Below, in pieces: positions 40,161 through 48,212 of a stretch of 64,000 bases of DNA. The notes under the pieces were generated by a model. The model did not search any database. It was not told the origin of the DNA and saw only the letters and a list, made by a program, of their open reading frames with translations. The DNA is from an uncultured Roseburia sp. (lineage in GTDB: Bacteria; Bacillota; Clostridia; Lachnospirales; Lachnospiraceae): NCBI GenBank assembly GCA_964573715.1, contig CAZNKR010000001.1, positions 30,599 to 94,598 of the forward strand, given 5' to 3'. The position numbers were made by a program, and so were the translations under genes. Position 1 is the stretch's first letter; each line of letters starts with the position of its first letter.

Positions 40161-40886
40161 TCAATTCATATTTTTAGATTTAAATTTACATATCAGTTTA
40201 GTATAAAACATCCCAATACTAAAATCAAGTAAGCAAATTACGTAGCCAATAATAATACAAGCCACCAAAAATAACATTGCAAACATAAATACATAAGGAT
40301 ATCCATATGTTTGAGCATCCAAAAAGAAATATGGATATCTTTTTAAACCAATTAATGCCTTTCCGGCATACATATATTTACCTTTTATCAATATAAAAAC
40401 AAAATAGATAAAGGGTGCTGCAAGCCATTTTAATGGATCAGTCTTTTTGAATTTAGGTTTTGGTTGAAAAAATATAAAATCTGCCCACGTTAGTATAGGA
40501 ATCATATAATGAACATAACAGTCATTAACTGTCAAAACTTTGTTACTTATTGAATCCATAGAAAAACCAACTTGAGTAAGTACCACACTATATGTGAAAA
40601 ATGTTATTGTTATTACAAGAAATGACATACCTCTAAAAAAAAGCAGAATTCTAGAATATTCAAACTCTTTTTCCTTTAGTATGCTTCTAATCGTATGAAT
40701 GCAACTAAAAAACATTACAATAAAACATAAAATATTACTCTGTATAGTAAAATATGACAGCATATTAATATTTCTTATTGAATCAGATACACTTAAATGG
40801 CGTAAAATTCCATATCCACATAAACCTAAATAAAGCAATCTATATGTAAGTGTAAGTATTTGATTTTTAATATACATGTACATCAC
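40161..40886 (-). CDS. polytopic membrane protein (Pr6Pr/FAR-17a-like family suspected)
   Basis: 241 aa, about 6 TM helices. The SYFTIQSNIL motif resembles the Pr6Pr family signature. Confidence 0.45.
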   Translation of the reverse strand: MMYMYIKNQILTLTYRLLYLGLCGYGILRHLSVSDSIRNINMLSYFTIQSNILCFIVMFFSCIHTIRSILKEKEFEYSRILLFFRGMSFLVITITFFTYSVVLTQVGFSMDSISNKVLTVNDCYVHYMIPILTWADFIFFQPKPKFKKTDPLKWLAAPFIYFVFILIKGKYMYAGKALIGLKRYPYFFLDAQTYGYPYVFMFAMLFLVACIIIGYVICLLDFSIGMFYTKLICKFKSKNMN

Positions 40887-40920
40887 CTAGCCTTTTTATT
40901 CAGTATACCCAAAGTATGCT

Positions 40921-40954
40921 TTATTAAATATAAAAGGGCGAAAAAATCGCCCTT
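40921..40954 (-). terminator. rho-independent terminator after the repeat-protein gene
   Basis: AAGGGCG-loop-CGCCCTT hairpin 4 nt after the stop, followed on the minus strand by a T-rich tract. Confidence 0.65.
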
Positions 40955-40958
40955 AAAT

Positions 40959-41738
40959 TTATATATAAATATCTAAATCGTCATCATCATATGAACCGTT
41001 TTCATATTCTTTTGTCCAATCAATATTTCCTGATCTTTTTGGCTTTGCCTGGTGTTTAACAGGTTTAAATTCCTTACGAGTTTCTGCCTGTTTCTTCTTC
41101 ATTGCCTTTTTCTCTTTTTCTAATCTATTAAATACTTCTAACTTGTCAGACTGTGTTTCCTTTGGTTTTGAATCCTTTGGAGCCACTTTAGGTCTTCTAG
41201 CAAAATTATCTTCATCTTTATCTTTATCAAAGCCCTTTGAAAATCCGCCTTGTCTGAATCCACCTTCACCTCTTGGCTTATATTCACCTCTTGGTTTGTA
41301 TTCACCTCTTGGCTTATATTCACCTCTTTGACGATCATCACCTGCTGGTCTATCTTCTCTTGGCTTATACTCGCCTCTTGGCTTGTATTCGCCTCTTGGT
41401 TTATATTCGCCTCTTTGACGATTGTCGTTATAAGGTCTATCTTCTCTTGGCTTATACTCACCTCTTGGTTTGTATTCACCTCTTTGACGGTTGTCACCTG
41501 AGGGTCTGTCACCTGCCGGTCTGTCTTCTCTTGGCTTATATTCACCTCTTGGTTTATATTCGCCTCTTGGTCTGTCCTGTCGGTTATCATCTCTGTTTCT
41601 GTCGTATCTCGGTCTGTCTTCTCTTGGTCTGAATTCCTTTTTTTCTCTTTGACCTTCACTATTGTATGACTTTCTGCCGTAGTCATTACGGCCTTCACCT
41701 TGTCTGTCTTGGCGGTTTCCAGAACTTGTCGCAACCAC
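40959..41738 (-). CDS. intrinsically disordered Arg/Glu/Lys/Pro/Tyr-rich tandem-repeat protein (unknown function)
   Basis: GTG start 8 nt after AGGAGGA. 259 aa with ten RGEYKP hexapeptides grouped 2-2-3-3 and separated by REDRP...(D)NRQ linkers, a lysine-rich middle and an acidic tail YDDDDLDIYI. No signal peptide or TM segment. Confidence 0.7.
   Translation of the reverse strand: MVATSSGNRQDRQGEGRNDYGRKSYNSEGQREKKEFRPREDRPRYDRNRDDNRQDRPRGEYKPRGEYKPREDRPAGDRPSGDNRQRGEYKPRGEYKPREDRPYNDNRQRGEYKPRGEYKPRGEYKPREDRPAGDDRQRGEYKPRGEYKPRGEYKPRGEGGFRQGGFSKGFDKDKDEDNFARRPKVAPKDSKPKETQSDKLEVFNRLEKEKKAMKKKQAETRKEFKPVKHQAKPKRSGNIDWTKEYENGSYDDDDLDIYI
41261..41567 (-). repeat. coding 18-nt tandem repeats (RGEYKP units) arranged in higher-order blocks
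   Basis: Forward strand shows repeated CCTCTTGG(C/T)TT(A/G)TA(T/C)TC(A/G)CC units. These same repeats generate the alternative-frame shadow ORFs in the track. Confidence 0.9.
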
Positions 41739-41938
41739 AAAAATTTCCTCCTAGTAGTAATTAAATTAATTTTTTATAAAATACACCATTATTTTATTAT
41801 ATTTCATCATAAAGTCAAGCAATTCTTTTTAATAAACCATCTTTTTTTCTTTATAATACATATCTTATCTAACAATTCTTTTTACTGGATATTTATTACT
41901 TATATTATTTTATCTAGATATTTTATATGCAAAATAGC

Positions 41939-42616
41939 TTAGAATAGTGCTTCATCATTTTCAAACATAAATACTGCAAGTGTTGACATTGATTGTATTT
42001 CTTCTTTATGCTTATGTATATCCTTTATTGTACTGTATATTATCTTTTCATCTTCATATGAGAGACGTTCTCCTATATATATACGTATACTTTCGGGCAA
42101 GGTATGTACTGCTCTTGCTTTAATTAATTCTCCTAATAGTTTTTCTACATCACCACCGCTAAGACAAAATACTTTTTTATGAGTAGCCACATACTGAACT
42201 ATCTTCTCTTCTTCTCCATGTAAGTTTACACTAAAAGCATTGTCGTAAGACAAATTTAATTTACTTGAAAAATATGAAAGAGAAGAAATACCTGGTATGT
42301 TTTTTATTTCTATTTCTGGATTTTCCACAAAGCTCTCTATCATCCTATCTGCCTCACTAAAATATCCTGTATCACCGGACACAAGGATAGCAATGGTAGT
42401 ATCCTTTGCTATAATTTCATTTTCTACAAGGCACGTAATCTCTTTAATACTATTTAGTTTAAAGACCTTTACGTCCTCCTTAAAGCTCTCTCCAAAGGCG
42501 CTAACTAGTCTTTCATTGCCTATAATAATCTCTGCATTTCTTATATATGCCATGCCTTCTATTGTTATATTTTTAGGGTTTCCCATTCCAATACCTATAA
42601 TTGCAACAACCTTCAT
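41939..42616 (-). CDS. cbiE: tetrapyrrole (TP) methylase, CbiE-like (precorrin-6Y C5,15-methyltransferase subunit family)
   Basis: The ATG at 42616 has a GGAAGGAG RBS. N-terminus MKVVAIIGIGMGNPKNITIEG and VSGDTGYFS are typical of CbiE/TP methylases. There are no other cbi genes nearby. Confidence 0.65.
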   Translation of the reverse strand: MKVVAIIGIGMGNPKNITIEGMAYIRNAEIIIGNERLVSAFGESFKEDVKVFKLNSIKEITCLVENEIIAKDTTIAILVSGDTGYFSEADRMIESFVENPEIEIKNIPGISSLSYFSSKLNLSYDNAFSVNLHGEEEKIVQYVATHKKVFCLSGGDVEKLLGELIKARAVHTLPESIRIYIGERLSYEDEKIIYSTIKDIHKHKEEIQSMSTLAVFMFENDEALF

Positions 42617-42850
42617 TTTTTCTCCTTCCAAACTACTTTAATTAATATATCTATTATATCAATATCATTTTTTAGTTCAACAGTATTTTCTCAAATTATT
42701 TTTCGAATATACCTTAGTGTATAATTTTTGTTGACAACAAAAGTAAAAATCGTGGCAACAAATACTAGACACTATCAACCAAATTCCACTGCTTGAGTTT
42801 AATAATCTATTATGATAGAATAAGTGCACAAAAATATTGAGGTGATTAAG

Positions 42851-43633
42851 ATGGATCAAAGGTCGGAATTTAGTGAAGCACTTGCAGCTCTTGTAGAGTT
42901 TGCTAATGTCAATGGAAATATAGTAACAAAAAAGGATGTACATGATTTCTTTAAGGATATACTTCCTACCGAGGATATGTATGCCTCCGTTTATCAATAC
43001 TTATCAGAAAGTAAAATAAACATTGAAGGATATACTCCTACTGTAACCGCAGCTCCTACCGAGGATTCTAACGAAGCAGAATTTAAACCTGAAAAAAAAG
43101 AAGAAACAGAAGAAGGTAATATGTTTCTTCAAATGTATCTTGATGATTTGTCATCAATTGATAAAATAGGAAAAGAAACCTTAACCAATCTAGCTAAAGA
43201 TGCCATAAATAAAGATAAAGAAGCAATTAATGCACTTGTTGAAGCCCATTTACAAATAGTTATTGATATATCAAAGGATTATGCCGATTCAGGTATGAAA
43301 ATGACTGATATTATTTCAGAAGGAAACATTGCACTTATGGAAGCAGTCCTAGATATGAGTACAGTACCTGACAATATAAGTGAATACCTTTCCCAAAGAG
43401 TTCGCAATCACATTTTACAAACTATTGAATCTGAAATCAGCATACTTCGTACTTCTAATCACATAACAGAACGTGCCAATAAAATAAGTGATGCTACTTC
43501 CTATCTTGCCGGAAAACTTGGTCATGAAGCCACTATTGAAGAATTATGTGAATATTTGTCTCTACCAGAAGAAAAAGTAAGAGACATCATAAAGATGTCT
43601 CTTGATGCTATAAATGTTATTAACGATAAGTAA
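42851..43633 (+). CDS. RpoD-like sigma-70 paralogue with regions 1.1, 1.2, 2 (degenerate 2.3/2.4) and 3.0 but no region 3.2/4
   Basis: The ATG at 42851 has a GAGGTGA RBS. LVEAHLQIVIDISKDY matches region 2.1 and DIISEGNIALMEAV matches region 2.2. NHITERANKI...ATIEELCEYLSLPEEKVRDIIKMS matches region 3.0. The stop is followed at once by a strong terminator and a convergent gene. Confidence 0.7.
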   Translation: MDQRSEFSEALAALVEFANVNGNIVTKKDVHDFFKDILPTEDMYASVYQYLSESKINIEGYTPTVTAAPTEDSNEAEFKPEKKEETEEGNMFLQMYLDDLSSIDKIGKETLTNLAKDAINKDKEAINALVEAHLQIVIDISKDYADSGMKMTDIISEGNIALMEAVLDMSTVPDNISEYLSQRVRNHILQTIESEISILRTSNHITERANKISDATSYLAGKLGHEATIEELCEYLSLPEEKVRDIIKMSLDAINVINDK

Positions 43634-43636
43634 TCC

Positions 43637-43685
43637 ATGATGTAAGAATATATTTATCCTTCATATATTCTTACATCATTTTTTG
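43637..43685 (+). terminator. strong rho-independent terminator (17-bp perfect stem) shared by convergent genes
   Basis: ATGATGTAAGAATATAT - 9 nt loop - ATATATTCTTACATCAT followed by TTTTT. The loop and right arm encode the last codons of the minus-strand GGDEF gene. Confidence 0.8.
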
Positions 43686-46600
43686 TTGTATGCTTAATTG
43701 AATATAAGACTTCATCAGCATTTTTAATAAGCTGAGATAAATCTTCTTCACTTTCAACATTTTCTGAATAAGATACTCCTATAGAACAAGATACTGATTT
43801 TTCTCTTGGTACACTTATCTGTTTTCCTAAAAAAGCACTAATCTGGCTAACATAAGAATTCTTGGCAAGAATAGTATCTAGCGTCATCCTAGCAGTTGCT
43901 AAAGCATTATCCCTACTAACATTAACTAATGTAATTAAGAATTCATCTCCACCATATCTAGTGGCAAATCCTTCATTGCCTGCAATACTTTTTAATACAG
44001 CCGCTATCTCTTTTAATATTAAATCTCCTACATCATGACCAAAGGTATCATTGTAAAACTTAAAATTATCCAAATCAATATAGAGAATTGCTAATGATAG
44101 CTGGTTGCATTTTGAAGCAGAAATCCTTATAAGCTTATCAACCTTACCATAGAAACCATCTCTATTATTTAGTCCTGTTAAGTAATCAGTAACTGATGAT
44201 TTTTGTAATTCATAATTGATTTGGCTGATTTTATTAATGTTTTCAATCTTTTCAATAGCTGTTAAAAGCTGTCTTAAAATAAGATTAAAAATATTAAATT
44301 CACTTTCGTTTAGTAAATATTTGCTTGAAGAAACATTCCAATTATCTTTCATGTATATTGTACTAACAAATAAACTATCTAGCTTTTCATTCATGAAATA
44401 TGGATTACATACCATAGAGCAAACCATCTCTTTACCAAATGGCTCCATGATTTTGCTATAATCCTTATGGTTTTTCATAATCTTCGAGGTAACAAAACCA
44501 CTCCTTTGTTTCTCAAAGTATCTCTTTAAAAGTAATATATTGCTATCATCTAAAGTAACTAAACCATTGTTAAATAAAACAGTATTCTTTTCATCTCCAA
44601 ATTTAATATATATTAAAGAATCAAGATTGTAGTTCATCATAAAGGAATTACATGCAGATGAAATAAGTTCTTCTTTTGTTTTATCATTAATTTCTATAAT
44701 GTTCTGCCACATGGATATAAACTCAATCTGGTTCTTCATATCCATATACTGTCTATTTGCTCCAGCTTCTTTAATAATTGCATTGATTTGTTCAATACTA
44801 TGATTTTTCAGTGGTAAAGACGCAGGTACAAATTCAAAAGATTCATGATTCATCATGCTTTCTATTAATGGTATCATAACCTTATACTTATGCTTCTTTG
44901 CATATTCTAATGCTTCTGCATACTCTATTTGTTCTAGTTCTGCCTGATTAAGCTTTTCATATGTTTTGGCCATTGAAATCTTAAGCTGAATTAAACTAAA
45001 AAACATATTTCCGTATGAATTATAACAATGAACCTGAGCACTTTTAAAAAATTCTAAAGCCTTAGCATATCCTCTTGAATTAAACATTTGAATACCGTTT
45101 ACATAGTAGTATAAAAACATCTCATCATCATTACCTGTGTAGGACTTATCTATAGTTACCTTATGATCTTTTCTTTTTGTAAGTAAATGGCTAAGAAACT
45201 GTTTGTTTGTATCTAGATATAAAATACAATTATATTCGTATCCCATCCTTACACTGCATAATGAAAGTAGTCCAAAAATCTTGGCAATATTACAAACTCG
45301 TAGGTCGTTAAGTCTAAGGCTTTTGATGACTCTCACACATACTAATAAATAATTGTATGCATTTCTAAAATCATTTGCTAATATACTATTCAATGCCATA
45401 TTGTAGAAGGTCTCTCCAATAAAGTCCACTCTACCTAGCTCAATATATATATCTAATGCTTTGTTATACCACTCATTTGCCTTTTTAAAATTGTAAGTAG
45501 TGCAGTTAAAATATCCTAATCCATTATATATCCCTGCTGATTGAAGCTTATCTGAATCTCCAATAATATCCTGGCTTTTGTAATAATAATATTTCGTAAT
45601 ATCAAAATATCCATTGGCAGAAGTCATCATGATAATTTTTCTGTATCCTCTTAAAATAAGGAATCTATTTCCAATATTTTGTGCTAAATCTATACCTTCC
45701 GAGAATTTTAGTAATCTATCCTCTATATATTCTGGATTTTTAATATTCTCAAATAAGGCTTTATCATTGTCAAATGCAAATATATATATGTATGCAAGAT
45801 GATTATAGTAACCATATTCTTGAGCATGCTCTATAAAATCCTCACTAACCTCTGTATCTGTTGTAAGAAAAAATACGTTGTGCCATCCAGACATTTGGAC
45901 CATTAACGCTAATAAATCAGCCTGAAAGATTTTATACTCATCCTTATTATCAACTGCCACCTTGCGACATCTCTTTGCATTTATGGCAGCCTGTTCAAGC
46001 TTTCCACTAAACATATTGGTGTATCCAAGTAAATTATAGAAATCAAATTCACCTCCAAGTTCAGGATGTTCATCGCATAATTCTTTAATGTTATCACAAA
46101 CTAAAAGAGCACTTTGAATATCACCTGAATAAACCAGAACTTTGGCATATAAAATATATAAATCCAGCTTACATCCAAGATCAATCTCTACTTTTTCTAT
46201 TTCAAGTTTTCCATAAATAAGATGCATATACTCTTGGGCTGGTTCAAAATCAAGGGCGTAATACATGGAACGCAGCTTCATCAAATACTCAAATACATTT
46301 TTACGGTTAAATGTAAAGCTTGCACCATCATCCACAATGGACATCTGATAAGCTCCACCTTCAAATATACATCCTGATGTAGAAAGCTTTTCAATAAAAT
46401 CATTCCATAATTCCTGCATATATGGTGTAACTGTTTTCAAATCATTATATGCACAAAACACACCAAGATTTTTATTATTCTCATGGTTAAATAAGTAATC
46501 AAGCAATAAAATGGTTGACTTTGGGGCTAACTGTAGATTGTTTATGAGTACAAGTATAGGATGAGCTTCACTTAGCTTTAAAATAATATCTGCAACAGAT

Positions 46601-47004
46601 TCAACCATCTTCTTCTTTTCAAAGTCTATCTCACCCAAAATAAAAGGTTCATTTCTAGAGCAGCTTCCACTTTCAATATAAGATTTAAAAAAAGACTTCT
46701 GTAATGGATATATATTAAATTCGGATAAAAATTCATCAATTGTCACCCCAAAGAAATATTTTAGATAAAAGTTCTTTATAACATTGAGGAATGGTTCAAA
46801 GGTTTCAACCATTTCTGATGCATCAAAATTGTGATAGTAAGTATTGATATTAGGGAATGACATCATAATTCCCTTAGCATCCTCTGATACTATATTAAAT
46901 GTACTGTAGTGCTTAACTACAACGAAATTGTTCTCTTTATTACCTATATTTGAAATTAAGCTATCATTAAATAAGTTTGAAAAGCCGCTTTTCTTATCCT
47001 GCAT
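43654..47004 (-). CDS. large diguanylate cyclase: degenerate STAND/AAA_16-like N-module, TPR-like helical repeats and C-terminal GGDEF
   Basis: C-terminus reads DYLTGLNNRDGF...YIDLDNFKFYNDTFGHDVGD...RYGGDEFLI, an intact GGDEF with no RxxD I-site upstream. N-terminal ILVLINNLQLAPKSTILLLDYL looks like a Walker-B/HWAD strand with the acidic residues lost. No GxxxxGK[ST] was seen. The likely start is the ATG at 47004 (AGAGG RBS); the track ORF starts at 47034. Confidence 0.8.
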   Translation of the reverse strand: MQDKKSGFSNLFNDSLISNIGNKENNFVVVKHYSTFNIVSEDAKGIMMSFPNINTYYHNFDASEMVETFEPFLNVIKNFYLKYFFGVTIDEFLSEFNIYPLQKSFFKSYIESGSCSRNEPFILGEIDFEKKKMVESVADIILKLSEAHPILVLINNLQLAPKSTILLLDYLFNHENNKNLGVFCAYNDLKTVTPYMQELWNDFIEKLSTSGCIFEGGAYQMSIVDDGASFTFNRKNVFEYLMKLRSMYYALDFEPAQEYMHLIYGKLEIEKVEIDLGCKLDLYILYAKVLVYSGDIQSALLVCDNIKELCDEHPELGGEFDFYNLLGYTNMFSGKLEQAAINAKRCRKVAVDNKDEYKIFQADLLALMVQMSGWHNVFFLTTDTEVSEDFIEHAQEYGYYNHLAYIYIFAFDNDKALFENIKNPEYIEDRLLKFSEGIDLAQNIGNRFLILRGYRKIIMMTSANGYFDITKYYYYKSQDIIGDSDKLQSAGIYNGLGYFNCTTYNFKKANEWYNKALDIYIELGRVDFIGETFYNMALNSILANDFRNAYNYLLVCVRVIKSLRLNDLRVCNIAKIFGLLSLCSVRMGYEYNCILYLDTNKQFLSHLLTKRKDHKVTIDKSYTGNDDEMFLYYYVNGIQMFNSRGYAKALEFFKSAQVHCYNSYGNMFFSLIQLKISMAKTYEKLNQAELEQIEYAEALEYAKKHKYKVMIPLIESMMNHESFEFVPASLPLKNHSIEQINAIIKEAGANRQYMDMKNQIEFISMWQNIIEINDKTKEELISSACNSFMMNYNLDSLIYIKFGDEKNTVLFNNGLVTLDDSNILLLKRYFEKQRSGFVTSKIMKNHKDYSKIMEPFGKEMVCSMVCNPYFMNEKLDSLFVSTIYMKDNWNVSSSKYLLNESEFNIFNLILRQLLTAIEKIENINKISQINYELQKSSVTDYLTGLNNRDGFYGKVDKLIRISASKCNQLSLAILYIDLDNFKFYNDTFGHDVGDLILKEIAAVLKSIAGNEGFATRYGGDEFLITLVNVSRDNALATARMTLDTILAKNSYVSQISAFLGKQISVPREKSVSCSIGVSYSENVESEEDLSQLIKNADEVLYSIKHTTKNDVRIYEG

Positions 47005-47120
47005 ACAAACACCTCTTTCATCTGACACGTTCACAAAAAATTATAAAAATATTATATAACTTTTTTATCCATATTACAAGTACTTTAGTACCAATTAACC
47101 CTGGTTTATCCATATATATT

Positions 47121-47212
47121 TTCTTATATATCCTTATATGTATTCTTATATTTATTCTTATATGTATTCATCTATTTTTCTTTATATTTATATGTGTCTT
47201 CATTTATATACA
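47121..47212. repeat. phased CTTATAT-type short repeats (10-12 nt period) in an intergenic region
   Basis: CTTATAT occurs at 47123, 47133, 47145 and 47157, with degenerate copies at about 47169, 47180 and 47198. The region is non-coding, between divergent genes. Confidence 0.7.
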
Positions 47213-47245
47213 AACAGATAAATTAAACACCTAATTTTTTATGTG

Positions 47246-47302
47246 TTTTTCAAAATAATCATAGTATTTTTCAAAATAATCATTTTTAGGTTGTAAAATC
47301 AT
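47246..47302. repeat. direct repeats TTTTTCAAAATAATCAT x2 plus a partial third copy, 21-nt phasing, abutting the tkt promoter
   Basis: Copies at 47246..47262 and 47267..47283. A partial AAAATCAT at 47295..47302 overlaps the -35 candidate. Confidence 0.7.
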
Positions 47303-47319
47303 TTTTTCCCCATTATAAT
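47291..47319 (+). promoter_or_regulatory. sigma-A-type promoter candidate for the split transketolase operon
   Basis: TTGTAA - 17 nt - TATAAT, about 55 nt upstream of the ATG at 47373. Confidence 0.5.
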
Positions 47320-47372
47320 AGCAAAGGACAATTGTGTCTTTTTCACGAAAACACATATATGGAGGAATCAAA

Positions 47373-48212
47373 ATGAATAATGTTGAACTTCAAAAAACAG
47401 CTAACGAGGTTCGTAAAGGAATTATCCGTTCAGTTCATAGTGCCAAAGCTGGTCATCCAGGTGGCTCACTCTCAGCAGCTGACATTTTTACATTTCTTTA
47501 CTTCGAAGAATTGAATATAGATCCTAAGGATCCAAAGAAGTTAGACAGAGATAGATTTGTGTTATCAAAGGGTCACACAGCACCTGGTCTTTATGCTACT
47601 CTTGCAAACAGAGGTTTCTTCCCTGTTTCAGACCTTACTACTCTTAGACAGATTGGTTCTTATCTTCAAGGTCATCCTGATATGAAACATATACCTGGAA
47701 TAGATATGTCCTCTGGTTCATTAGGACAAGGAATTTCAGCTGCAGTAGGTATGGCTCTTTCAGCAAAGCTTAGTAATGAAGCTTATAGAGCATACACTCT
47801 TTTAGGTGATGGTGAGATTCAAGAAGGTCAAGTATGGGAAGCTTGCATGTTTGCTGGTCATAGAAAGCTTGATAATCTTGTAGTTATGATAGATAACAAT
47901 GGTTTACAAATAGATGGTAATATTTCGGAGGTTTGTTCTCCTTATCCTATCGGTGACAAATTAAAAGCCTTCAACTTCCATGTAATTGAAAATGTTGATG
48001 CACACGATTTTGATACTATAAGAGCAGCCTTTAATGAAGCAAAAGAAACTAAGGGCATGCCTACTGCTATAGTTTTCAAGTCAGTTAAAGGTAAAGGAGT
48101 TTCCTTTATGGAAAACAATGCTGCATGGCACGGAACAGCTCCAAATGATGAACAATTCGAATTAGCAATGAAAGATTTAGAAAAGGTAGGTGCAGCAATA
48201 TGTCAGAATTAG
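47373..48212 (+). CDS. tktA: transketolase, N-terminal (TPP-binding) subunit
   Basis: The ATG at 47373 has a GGAGGA RBS. Motifs GHPGGSLS, SKGH and GDGEIQEG. Confidence 0.93.
   Translation: MNNVELQKTANEVRKGIIRSVHSAKAGHPGGSLSAADIFTFLYFEELNIDPKDPKKLDRDRFVLSKGHTAPGLYATLANRGFFPVSDLTTLRQIGSYLQGHPDMKHIPGIDMSSGSLGQGISAAVGMALSAKLSNEAYRAYTLLGDGEIQEGQVWEACMFAGHRKLDNLVVMIDNNGLQIDGNISEVCSPYPIGDKLKAFNFHVIENVDAHDFDTIRAAFNEAKETKGMPTAIVFKSVKGKGVSFMENNAAWHGTAPNDEQFELAMKDLEKVGAAICQN

Noticed and set aside
41261-41567. A possible CRISPR-like or minisatellite array, because of regularly spaced short repeats
   Set aside because: The units are contiguous with no spacers, lie in frame within a coding sequence, and no cas genes are nearby.
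41138-41740. A 200-aa alternative-frame ORF on the same strand, plus several plus-strand ORFs (41143..41632) overlapping the RGEYKP repeat gene
   Set aside because: They are by-products of the 18-nt periodic repeat, which stays open in several frames. Only the frame starting at the GTG at 41738 has a strong RBS and a terminator.
42719-42736. Promoter elements (TGTATAAT and a TTGACA) upstream of the sigma-like gene
   Set aside because: The TTGACA has no suitably spaced -10, and the TATAAT has only a weak -35. This is too ambiguous in AT-rich sequence to report as a feature.
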